DNA of 64,000 nt. Source: Nitrososphaerota archaeon. GTDB lineage: Archaea; Thermoproteota; Nitrososphaeria_A; Caldarchaeales; Caldarchaeaceae. The stretch covers positions 256,001 through 320,000 of the forward strand of contig JBEPYN010000001.1 of assembly GCA_041641305.1 (NCBI GenBank), given 5' to 3'. Each line of letters opens with the position of its first letter. Position 1 is the stretch's first letter. The translations under genes were made by a program, and so were the position numbers. Shown one piece after another: positions 26,534 through 35,425 of this stretch. Under the pieces are notes generated by a model. That model saw nothing but the letters and a program-made list of their open reading frames with translations, had not been told where the DNA came from and made no database searches.

Positions 26534-27184
26534 ATGTCATTGGTGGAGGTGTTAAAATTGGCCGAGAACAGCGTTGGGGATAAACGAATCAAGAAGCTGG
26601 AGGAGGAAATTCGGCGTATCAGGGAGCCTCTTGAGAAGACTTTGCTGGAGATAAGGGAAATGATGAACATGGCTGAGAACCCGTTTATCTATCTAAAAGG
26701 AGGAGACTTGGGCGAAGTATCCTCCGAGGAAGTTCGGCCAAAACAGTCTGCGGACAAGCATGCAGTGGAGAACAATTTGGCCATTCATGAGAAAGCGGCG
26801 GACAAGGAGCTGCATGGTTTGCGTCAGGGCTTCAACGGGCTTGACTCCTTCATCACAACGTTGGCGGCTGTTGACTTAATGGTGGTGATAGTTGGCCGAG
26901 AAAACCTGGTCAACCTTGTTAACATGCTGGCTTGGCGTAACCTAATCCCGAGGACTTTGCTCGAGGGAATTAAGGAGGCCCTCGAATTCATTTCTACCCT
27001 TGAAAAGGATACAAGGATAGAGCAGGCTCCGACACATCCGCCTGGTTTCAACGACCTCCTGATAGTTCTCTACATGCTTTCGCTTTTGGTCAAAGACCGT
27101 GAGAACCCGATAACGTTCCTGCTTCTCTCTTCGGCGGGGAACCTGAAGTTTCTCAGCAGGAACTGGGGTGGTCGCCAGGTTTGA
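26534..27184 (+). CDS. Archaellum accessory protein, ArlC/D/E-like
   Basis: Coiled coil ending ENPF (FlaC-like), then VG.ENL..L....LI...D.L..L (FlaD/E-like); first gene of the fla operon. Confidence 0.55.
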   Translation: MSLVEVLKLAENSVGDKRIKKLEEEIRRIREPLEKTLLEIREMMNMAENPFIYLKGGDLGEVSSEEVRPKQSADKHAVENNLAIHEKAADKELHGLRQGFNGLDSFITTLAAVDLMVVIVGRENLVNLVNMLAWRNLIPRTLLEGIKEALEFISTLEKDTRIEQAPTHPPGFNDLLIVLYMLSLLVKDRENPITFLLLSSAGNLKFLSRNWGGRQV

Positions 27185-27669
27185 CAGGCGCCTACATAGT
27201 GGCCGAAGCAATCTTCGTCATCTCGCTCATCATAACGGCGTCGGCCTATGCATCGACTATGTTCAGCTTTGTGGACGACCTGAAACAAGCCAACCAAGTC
27301 AAGGTGAACAGGATGAAGAGAGAGGCTATGACCAGTGTCGAGCCTTTGATGGGCTATGTAGGCGATAACCGCAGCATAGTCTATCTCTGGCTGAAGAACG
27401 TGGGGACAGAGAGGATTTCCTATGCCGAAATCGAGGCCTCCGACATATTCCTCATAGGTAGAGAAACATTTTATTTACTCAAGCATGGACAGGGGCCATC
27501 TCGCTGGACATACAACATCTTAGGAGAAACTCTGCCGGACAACGGCTGGTCGTGGGGAGAAACTCTAGAGATCACCATGGAGCTCGAAACACCGCTCAAC
27601 CCCGGCGAATACACTGTGAAAATTGCCGGCCCATATTTCTCCACGACCTATGTTTTCTCTGTAGGGTGA
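27181..27669 (+). CDS. flaG: Archaellum protein FlaG/ArlG
   Basis: EAIFVIS N-terminal helix, WLKNVG, W..GETLEI. Confidence 0.78.
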   Translation: MTGAYIVAEAIFVISLIITASAYASTMFSFVDDLKQANQVKVNRMKREAMTSVEPLMGYVGDNRSIVYLWLKNVGTERISYAEIEASDIFLIGRETFYLLKHGQGPSRWTYNILGETLPDNGWSWGETLEITMELETPLNPGEYTVKIAGPYFSTTYVFSVG

Positions 27670-27676
27670 GTGAAAA

Positions 27677-28174
27677 ATGTCGGTCTACGGATTACTGGCC
27701 TCATTCGGCATCACGACCCTGATAATTCTACAGTTTCTGGGATACTTTCTAAACGTCTACGATGTGGCTGCGACGGTGGCACAGCTAAGCCAAGCACACA
27801 AACCATCCATGAAGAAACTGGAGCCAGTATTTACAAATGCTTCGGGAAACGCGGTAACTCTAGGCATACGCAACGAAGGGCCTGTGGACATCTCCTCAAA
27901 ACAAATCAAGACAGCCGACCTATTCATCATCTACTTCAACGAGGACGGGGTACGTAGGGTGCGTAGGCTGGGGTACGGCGAGATACCTGGATGGCAGGTA
28001 ACGGATGTCAGGCTCGGCGATTCTGCTGAGGTTCTTGACCCTATTGGGCTGAGCCCGGAGCTCGAGGGCGTTTGGAACGTCGGGGAAACAATCTACATCA
28101 CGGCGACACTCGACGAAACTGTCAACACTTCTCTGCCCATATTGGCCAGATTTTGGGTGGTGACCGAAAGTTGA
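27677..28174 (+). CDS. flaF: Archaellum protein FlaF/ArlF
   Basis: N-terminal TM, IRNEG, WNVGET; lies between flaG and flaH. Confidence 0.7.
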   Translation: MSVYGLLASFGITTLIILQFLGYFLNVYDVAATVAQLSQAHKPSMKKLEPVFTNASGNAVTLGIRNEGPVDISSKQIKTADLFIIYFNEDGVRRVRRLGYGEIPGWQVTDVRLGDSAEVLDPIGLSPELEGVWNVGETIYITATLDETVNTSLPILARFWVVTES

Positions 28175-28872
28175 CCGATGGATACATCAGGGCGTTTAAC
28201 AGTGAGCTGGACCGTAAAATAGGCCCGATAAAGACCCCGGCCCTATGCCTCGTCGAAGGCCCCAACGACAGCGGAAAATCAGTCCTCACTCTACAATACT
28301 GCTATGGCGCTCTTCTCTCAGGGTTCAACTGCTACCTGCTCAGCACGGAGGGGAGTATGAAGGCGGTTAGGGAGAGCATGGCATCACTGTCGTGGAACCC
28401 ATCCTATTTCATCATAACAGGCAGGCTGAAAATCGGCGAGATGCATGTCAAAAACTTCACCTGGGCTCCACAGCAATATACCAAGCTACTCCGCCTCGTA
28501 ACATCATTTATACAGAGCCGCTCAAAAGAGAATGTCTTCTTCATAGACTCGATGACCTATCTCCTCACCAACGCGTCTACAACAGACATCCTCAACTTCT
28601 TCACAGTCCTGCGAAACATCGTAGACGAACAGGAGAAGACAATTTTCCTCACCATACATTCCCACGCCCTTGACACAGACCTTTTCCTCAGACTGCGCTC
28701 AATCTCCGATGTCCACTTTGTTCTAAGCGTCAAGGAGATGGGAGAGAGGATAGTGAGGGTGTTGCAGGTCATGAAGCTCAAGGGAGCTGAGAAAAGCGGG
28801 TTAACCATAGCGTTCGAGGTTGACCAGGTCTTCGGCATAAGGGTGCTGCCTTTCTCACAGGCCAAGGCGTAG
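28171..28872 (+). CDS. flaH: Archaellum KaiC-like ATPase FlaH
   Basis: ELDRKIG, EGPNDSGKS, STE, IDS, KLKG, FEV...GI; TTG start overlapping the flaF stop. Confidence 0.9.
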   Translation: MTDGYIRAFNSELDRKIGPIKTPALCLVEGPNDSGKSVLTLQYCYGALLSGFNCYLLSTEGSMKAVRESMASLSWNPSYFIITGRLKIGEMHVKNFTWAPQQYTKLLRLVTSFIQSRSKENVFFIDSMTYLLTNASTTDILNFFTVLRNIVDEQEKTIFLTIHSHALDTDLFLRLRSISDVHFVLSVKEMGERIVRVLQVMKLKGAEKSGLTIAFEVDQVFGIRVLPFSQAKA

Positions 28873-30539
28873 TGGCGATGAGCAGCGTCCCCTCAGGGGT
28901 TCTTATGGATAACCCGCATCTAGGGATGTATCTCGAGGAGCTGAGGCTCCGGGGGAAAACCGCGAACTACGTCGAGCAGCTCAGCAGAGAAATGCGTAGC
29001 CTGAGAAGCTTCAGCTTCATCTACCCCGTCGGAGACCCATTATTCATACACATAGAGTCAAGACCAAACGAGAGATCCTCTTACAACGTCATAAGCCCCT
29101 TCACGATGGCTCCCGTGGAGATAAACAGAATTGTCGAAAAAGGGTTGGCGAGACTCATCACACCCGACATGGACTATTCCACACGCGAAGAACATGAAAA
29201 ACTACTCAACGAGCTTCTTGACATGTTTCTCGAGATAGATGATTCTCTAGAGGACTTTGACTATAGGCCTATTTATAGGAAAGGGCTTGTGGAGAAACTT
29301 GTCGCCAACCAGACGACCGTTGAAATAATCAGAAACAGCGTAATTCTCGACAAGGTCTACCTCGGAACACTTGAGCCATTCATCCGTGACCAATATATCG
29401 AAGATGTTTCATGCAACGGCGTCGGCCCCATATTCGTCGAGCACAAAGTCTTCGGAAGCTGCGAAACCAACATAACTTTCTCAGACCAGGAGGAGCTCGA
29501 CACCTTCGTGGTCAAGCTCTCGGAAAGAATAGGTAGGCCCGTCAACTTCCGCAAACCAATAGTGGATGCATCTCTTCCAGACGGCAGTAGAATAAACATA
29601 GTTTTCGGCAGCGACGTCAGCAGACATGGTAGCAACTTCACCATCAGAAAATTCTCCGAAAAACCCGTGAGCATAGCAGATTTGATAAGCTGGGGGACGA
29701 TGAGCGGCTTGGAAGCAGCCTATCTATGGATAATGCTCGAGCATGGGATGAGCATATGGTTCTGCGGAGAAACAGCTTCAGGCAAAACCACGGCCCTCCG
29801 AGCCGCAAGCGTCTTCATCAACCCGTCGGCGAAAATAGTCAGCATAGAAGACACGCCCGAGATAGTTGTGCCTCATGAAAACTGGGTGCGGGAGGTTACG
29901 CGCCAAGGCGAGCAGGGAGAGGGTGATGTCACGTTGTTCGACCTACTCAAAGCAGCTCTCCGGCAACGTCCGAACTACATCATAGTCGGAGAGATCAGAG
30001 GAGCGGAGGCGTCTGTCGCTTTCCAGGCCATGCAGACAGGGCACCCCGTTCTCGCCACCTTCCACGCAGGCAGCGTCGAGAAGCTTATCCAGAGGCTTAC
30101 AGGCGATCCGATAAACATCCCGAAAACATACATCGACATACTCAACTGCGTGTTGATACAGAGCGCAGTGAGGCTGCCGACCACGGGAAAGATTGAGAGA
30201 CGAGTCCTGAGCATCAACGAGATAGTTGGCTACGACCCGACTACTCAGAGGTTTGACTACATCGAGCTCTTCAACTGGGACTCCTCCACAGACAAACACG
30301 AGTTCAGAGGCGAGGGCAACAGCTACCTGCTCGAAAACAAGATAAGAACCATGCTCGGCGTCTCGCCGCGTGAAGTACACAGAATCTATCAAGAACTCTT
30401 TGACAGAGCCCAGCTCCTCGAGTTGCTCGTCAGCCGTAAAACCACAGATTTCGAAACGGTCTGGAGAACAGTCAAAGAGGTCTACCACATGGGCGCCCAA
30501 AATGTTTTGGAGAAGCTGGAGAGCGTGCAGAGAATTTGA
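28872..30539 (+). CDS. flaI: Archaellum motor ATPase FlaI
   Basis: IYPVGDPLFIHI, GETASGKTT, LRQRPNYIIVGEIRG, QTGH. Confidence 0.95.
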   Translation: MAMSSVPSGVLMDNPHLGMYLEELRLRGKTANYVEQLSREMRSLRSFSFIYPVGDPLFIHIESRPNERSSYNVISPFTMAPVEINRIVEKGLARLITPDMDYSTREEHEKLLNELLDMFLEIDDSLEDFDYRPIYRKGLVEKLVANQTTVEIIRNSVILDKVYLGTLEPFIRDQYIEDVSCNGVGPIFVEHKVFGSCETNITFSDQEELDTFVVKLSERIGRPVNFRKPIVDASLPDGSRINIVFGSDVSRHGSNFTIRKFSEKPVSIADLISWGTMSGLEAAYLWIMLEHGMSIWFCGETASGKTTALRAASVFINPSAKIVSIEDTPEIVVPHENWVREVTRQGEQGEGDVTLFDLLKAALRQRPNYIIVGEIRGAEASVAFQAMQTGHPVLATFHAGSVEKLIQRLTGDPINIPKTYIDILNCVLIQSAVRLPTTGKIERRVLSINEIVGYDPTTQRFDYIELFNWDSSTDKHEFRGEGNSYLLENKIRTMLGVSPREVHRIYQELFDRAQLLELLVSRKTTDFETVWRTVKEVYHMGAQNVLEKLESVQRI

Positions 30540-32026
30540 GACTCTTTAGCCGAACAGGTCTTAGTAGGGATGATGTCGACAGGCTGATGCTGCTGTTCGT
30601 CATCTACGGCTCCTCAAAGCTCTCCGTTAGGCAAATGATTAAGCAACTGTCCCACTCGGAGGCGTTGCCAGCACATATCGGGAAAATTTTCAGGAAAAGC
30701 CGCAACCTTTTGGAGAGATGGAACTACGGTGTCTCGGAGACTCTTGAATATCTCGAAACCGTTCTAAGATATCCAAAGCTTAGAGGGCTTGTAGTCAGGC
30801 TCCAGCACTCGATCAAGGCAGGTGTATCTATAGAGGATTTTGCCAAGATAGAGTATGTTAAACACAGGGCTGAGCAGGATAACGAGCTGGAGAAGGGGCT
30901 TGAAAAGCTTAGACGTCTCGTAGAAGCCTACACCACGTTGATAAGCGTAGTCTCTCTACTCAGCGTCTCCTTCCTCCTCATCGGAACCATAATCGGAGGA
31001 GGCGGCGCATCGTTTCTCGACACAGCCTTTCTCTCGATAACCGCCACACTCGGCTCCACAACCCTCCTCTTCCTCACAAACAACCTCAAGAGACCGATTT
31101 TCAACAAATACCCTGACAAGCCTGGAAGACTCGGCCTACTCCTAAAAACCACTACACCACTACTCGCCGCATCCGTGGCTACGCTCTTCTTCGCACAGCC
31201 TGTCGCGAACCTTATGGGGGCATCAACCGTGGAGACAATGTCCGCAGTCCTCATCTCCGTTGGGACAGCCCTCTTCATACATGGGTACCTCGGTAGAAGA
31301 TGGCACAAGAAAATCCACCAAACCGAGACGATGCTGCCCATAGTTTTGAAAAGCTTCGGAGACTACCTGTCCGCGACAGGGTCGGTTAAGTCATCGGCGC
31401 ACATGTTAACCCTAAGCGACCTCGGGCCACTCAACAGACTTGTCAAAGCATTTGAGCAGAGGCTTAGGCTGGGCATATCCCAGAAAGAGTCGATAACCAT
31501 GGTTGGGCGTGAAACCATGGGAAAACTGGGGGACACCGTCTTCACTATACTCGGGGAGGTTATTGAGGCTGGGGCGAGGCCCGCAACGGCCTGCGGCATC
31601 CTCAGCGAATACGTATCCAACGTCTTGTTCAGCGACAAGAGACGCGAACAAATAACATCCACGCTCAAAACCCTATCCATACCGCTTCATGCAACCCTCG
31701 CAGCCATATACGCACTTCTCACAACCCTACTAGCCATCCTCTCAAAAATAAGCGCCCTCCTCGAAAACTATCTCATGCTCATAAAACCCATACCATCCTC
31801 AATAGTGGTCACCTACTTCTACATAATCATCGCAGCCACATCCATCATCACGGGGCTGAACATCTACCTCGCCGACGGCGACTCATTATTCACACTCACC
31901 TACTACCTCGGCCTGCTGCTGCTGGTAAGCGGCATCAGCTACCTCGTCATGACAAACCTCAGCATGCAGCTTCTCTCAACATTCATCGGACTGGGCGAAA
32001 GCCTCAAAGCACTTACGGCGGGGTGA
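30536..32026 (+). CDS. flaJ: Archaellum membrane platform protein FlaJ
   Basis: Polytopic T2SS F-like duplicated architecture following flaI. Confidence 0.85.
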   Translation: MRLFSRTGLSRDDVDRLMLLFVIYGSSKLSVRQMIKQLSHSEALPAHIGKIFRKSRNLLERWNYGVSETLEYLETVLRYPKLRGLVVRLQHSIKAGVSIEDFAKIEYVKHRAEQDNELEKGLEKLRRLVEAYTTLISVVSLLSVSFLLIGTIIGGGGASFLDTAFLSITATLGSTTLLFLTNNLKRPIFNKYPDKPGRLGLLLKTTTPLLAASVATLFFAQPVANLMGASTVETMSAVLISVGTALFIHGYLGRRWHKKIHQTETMLPIVLKSFGDYLSATGSVKSSAHMLTLSDLGPLNRLVKAFEQRLRLGISQKESITMVGRETMGKLGDTVFTILGEVIEAGARPATACGILSEYVSNVLFSDKRREQITSTLKTLSIPLHATLAAIYALLTTLLAILSKISALLENYLMLIKPIPSSIVVTYFYIIIAATSIITGLNIYLADGDSLFTLTYYLGLLLLVSGISYLVMTNLSMQLLSTFIGLGESLKALTAG

Positions 32027-32030
32027 AAAC

Positions 32031-32519
32031 ATGGTGGCTAAAACAGCCCTCATCCCACCATCCGACGGCACAATAAACATCCTCTTCATAACGGTCCTCA
32101 CCGCGGTCGTCACACTACACATACTCACACTCATACTGGGTTCGAGAAAACTCTCACCAACGGTCCCGACAGCACCCGTCCTCCCGACACCCGTTCACCA
32201 GCCTCTTCCAAGACCGAGGCCAACAACCCCTGACCCGCCGACTCAAGACTATCAAAAGAGGCTGGAAAAACTTGACGAAACACTAAAAATGCTCGAAGAA
32301 AAGATAAAAAGCCAGCCGGCAAAAAACACTGAACCGGCGAAAACGCCGGCATCCAGCGTCGAAAAAACCCAGGAAGTGGAGCACCCGACCACCGCTGATG
32401 CGGATGAGGGGGAAACACTAGCACCCGAGAGCCTCGATGACATCATAAGGCTGGCGCGTGAGTTGAGGGATGAGCTGAACACGTTGATGAAATCACATCG
32501 GCAAAATGCCGCCATATAA
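32031..32519 (+). CDS. Membrane-anchored Pro-rich/coiled-coil protein at the end of the fla operon
   Basis: N-terminal TM, P/T-rich linker, two helical segments; 4 nt after flaJ. Confidence 0.65.
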   Translation: MVAKTALIPPSDGTINILFITVLTAVVTLHILTLILGSRKLSPTVPTAPVLPTPVHQPLPRPRPTTPDPPTQDYQKRLEKLDETLKMLEEKIKSQPAKNTEPAKTPASSVEKTQEVEHPTTADADEGETLAPESLDDIIRLARELRDELNTLMKSHRQNAAI

Positions 32520-32600
32520 CGTTAAAAATCGTCTAAACGCCATAATATCTTCACCTTAGCTGGAAAAACGCTAAATACCCACCTCATCCACTTAAAACCC

Positions 32601-33581
32601 ATGCTCAAGCCACCTGTAGAGCAATTGGAGAAATACTACAAAACTGTGCGGACACCTCGGATGCGGCTGATACTCAGGGTACAGGCTGAGGCGAGCAAAG
32701 CCGTTAGAAACTGGCTAGACTCTCACGGTTTTCTCGAGCTTCTCCCACCGATTATCGGCCCGGTCACGGACCCGGGGATAAGGGGTGCGAAACAGGTAAC
32801 CATAGACTATTACGGCCGAGAATACAAGGTGATGAGCAGCGCAATCCTCTACAAGCAGATGCTCGCAACCGCCTTCGACAAGATCTACTTCTTCTCCCCC
32901 AACGTGAGGTTGGAGCCTCTCGAGTCTGCGACAACAGGCCGACACCTCGTCGAGTTCGTCCAAATAGACATTGAGGAGGCGGATGTTGACTACACGGCGG
33001 CTATGTCGACGGCTGAAAACCTTCTCACACACGTGGTCAACACAGTCGCGGAAACAGCCAGACAAGAGCTGGAGCAGCTTGGTCGGAAGCTGCCAAGGTT
33101 CAAAACCCCGTTCAAGAAAATTACACACGCAGAAGCTGTTGAAATCCTCCGAGCCCACGGCGAACAAGTCAGCCCAAACGCGGAGATACCGTGGCCTCAG
33201 GAGGAAAAGCTCTCAAAAATAATTAACGAGCCATTCTTCATCACAGATTATCCCAAGGGCGCCAGAGGCTTCTACGACAAAGAAGACCCACAGCGCCCCG
33301 GCATACTCAAGGACTTTGACCTCATGTACCCTGAAGGCTACGGAGAAGCTGCTTCCGGCGCTGAAAGAGAATATGAGTACAGCAAGGTTCTGGCGAGGCT
33401 TAAGCAGAGCGGTGAAAACCCTGCAAAATATGGCTGGTATCTCGACATGTTGAGAGAAGGAATTAGGCCAACTTCGGGGTTCGGCATCGGTGTCGAGAGG
33501 TTGACAAGGTATCTCTGCGGCCTCCAAGCGGTGTGGGAGGCTAGGCCCTATCCAAAAGTCGCGGGAATATACTCGCCGTGA
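32601..33581 (+). CDS. asnA: Archaeal asparagine synthetase A (AsnRS paralog without anticodon domain)
   Basis: Class IIb catalytic core only: SPNVRLE, RHLVEF.Q.D.E, GYGEAASG.ERE, GFGIGVERL. Confidence 0.85.
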   Translation: MLKPPVEQLEKYYKTVRTPRMRLILRVQAEASKAVRNWLDSHGFLELLPPIIGPVTDPGIRGAKQVTIDYYGREYKVMSSAILYKQMLATAFDKIYFFSPNVRLEPLESATTGRHLVEFVQIDIEEADVDYTAAMSTAENLLTHVVNTVAETARQELEQLGRKLPRFKTPFKKITHAEAVEILRAHGEQVSPNAEIPWPQEEKLSKIINEPFFITDYPKGARGFYDKEDPQRPGILKDFDLMYPEGYGEAASGAEREYEYSKVLARLKQSGENPAKYGWYLDMLREGIRPTSGFGIGVERLTRYLCGLQAVWEARPYPKVAGIYSP

Positions 33582-34939
33582 AGGCATCCAACCTATTCAG
33601 CATACTCACGAAGCTGGCCCGAAACCCAGGAGCCGCGCGAACACTCTTCCAGCAATACCCTGTCAAGGAGCTGGTGGAAAAAGCAGAGAAAGGCCGCCAA
33701 TCTGTCTTCCCTTTATCCGAGCTGGATGAATTCGGGAAAGCCTTACTCGGAGCACCTATCTACGTCGACCGCCCAACACGCTTCGACACCCTCGACAAAA
33801 TCCTGATAATTCCCCCGCTATATACACCTCTTAGACTCCGGAAAATGGAGGAGCTGGTGCGTGAACCACTCTTCACCGATGTGGACACTTCATGCAGCGT
33901 TGGAGGATTCATGTCCAGCCTCCCCGTCGTCGTAGCGTCGATGGGCTCAACACCTGTCTACAACAAGGTCTCCCTCGATGTGGCAAGGTCGGCCGCCGAA
34001 TCTGGTATACCTATGGGTGTGGGTGAAAACGTGGCAACCGTCTGGGGATACTCTGAGCGTGTGAAACCCAGTCAGCCATGCTTCAAGGAAAGGGTGATGA
34101 CCTATCTCGAAAACCTCGGCTACGATGGGAAAGGAGGCGTCTTCATACAGCAAAATGTGGAAGACGCATACGACGAGCTCTGGAACAGGGTCTACTCAGA
34201 CCCCGACATAACACCCTATCTTGACAAGGGGCTTGTGGGGTTTGAGATTAAGCTGGGGCAGGGAGCCAAGCCGGGTCTCGGCGGTGAAACATTCGTCGAA
34301 AAAGACCTTGCCATAAAGCTCGCAGACAAATACGTGTTCGACGCAGACCCGCGGACAGTTCAGAAAGAACTTTATGAGAGACATTCCGCACCCGGCACAT
34401 ACACCCCCGAAATCCTCCGAAGCATGATAAGGATAATGCGGAACAACTATCCACGTGCGAGGATATGGGTCAAGATGGGGCCATACAGAGACCTCGAGGA
34501 TGTTGCGAGACTCTGCAGCGAGGAGAAGGTTGATGCCTTCTGGGTTGACGGAAAAGAGGGTGGAACAGGTCTGAGCCCTGTCACGGCGTTAAAAGATTTA
34601 GGGCTCCCTCTGCTGGCGCTTCTGGGGAAAATCTTGAAGCTAAGCCGCGAAACATCCATCGACTATGTATGTAGCGGGAGACTAGTAGACGGCGCCGACG
34701 TCGTCAAAGTCCTCTGCTTCGGAGCCAAGGCCGCGGGCCTCGGGCGCCCCTTCGTGGTCACGGCATACGCCGGAGGAACAGAAGGTGTGAAAAAATATCT
34801 CGAGACAATCAGGATCGAGGTTCAGCTCCTCACCTCAGCTGTGGGAAAATACAGCGTCTCAAGCCTTGGACCCGAGGACATTAGGGCGACTGATAGAGAT
34901 GTCGCAGAGGCCCTCGGGATAAAAAGCGTCTACGATTGA
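33578..34939 (+). CDS. Glutamate synthase FMN-binding domain family protein
   Basis: MGS, GE, EIKLGQGAKPGLGG, VK, VDGKEGGTG.SP, SGRL..G.DVVK. Confidence 0.82.
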   Translation: MKASNLFSILTKLARNPGAARTLFQQYPVKELVEKAEKGRQSVFPLSELDEFGKALLGAPIYVDRPTRFDTLDKILIIPPLYTPLRLRKMEELVREPLFTDVDTSCSVGGFMSSLPVVVASMGSTPVYNKVSLDVARSAAESGIPMGVGENVATVWGYSERVKPSQPCFKERVMTYLENLGYDGKGGVFIQQNVEDAYDELWNRVYSDPDITPYLDKGLVGFEIKLGQGAKPGLGGETFVEKDLAIKLADKYVFDADPRTVQKELYERHSAPGTYTPEILRSMIRIMRNNYPRARIWVKMGPYRDLEDVARLCSEEKVDAFWVDGKEGGTGLSPVTALKDLGLPLLALLGKILKLSRETSIDYVCSGRLVDGADVVKVLCFGAKAAGLGRPFVVTAYAGGTEGVKKYLETIRIEVQLLTSAVGKYSVSSLGPEDIRATDRDVAEALGIKSVYD

Positions 34940-35391
34940 GAATACGCTGCCGAGACGAGGTATTGATAATCTTTTTCAGGAATTTTTCTCACGCTTCCGC
35001 GGAAATATCCATACCATCTAAACTTGTTTTTTATGAAGCTTAGGTTCTCCAGAACGTCTTCGAGTTTAACCGGGTTTGTCCAGAGCCGCGCCGCATCAAG
35101 CTTGATGAAGTGGGTGAGTTTTTCCGAGGGATAGCCCTTGATGTGAAACCTCAACTCATCGGTTATGGGCACAGGCTGTTGAGAAAAGACACCTTCGCCG
35201 ATAAACAGTCTACCCTCCATCCCCGTAGAGAAAAACACCGCCGACCCCCCGTCTGAGAGCTCCTTCATCGCAGCTATTCTCGAACTCACCAGCCAGAACC
35301 CGTGCTTTACCCTTTCAGCGGCAATCGCGCTTGCGGGGATTACTTCTTTCCCATGGACATGGTCTTTGACGACGAATATCCAGAAACCCAC
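34930..35391 (-). CDS. EVE domain protein
   Basis: FWIF...W, L..G...VFF.T, L.FIKNK..W...FRG.VRKI...DY; likely GTG start at 35391. Confidence 0.7.
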   Translation of the reverse strand: MGFWIFVVKDHVHGKEVIPASAIAAERVKHGFWLVSSRIAAMKELSDGGSAVFFSTGMEGRLFIGEGVFSQQPVPITDELRFHIKGYPSEKLTHFIKLDAARLWTNPVKLEDVLENLSFIKNKFRWYGYFRGSVRKIPEKDYQYLVSAAYSQS

Positions 35392-35425
35392 AGCCCTCGA
35401 TACCTTGGAGGCTGTATAAATTTTT

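Noticed and set aside
32601-33581. Asparaginyl/aspartyl-tRNA synthetase call
   Set aside because: No N-terminal anticodon-binding OB domain; fits the AsnA paralog
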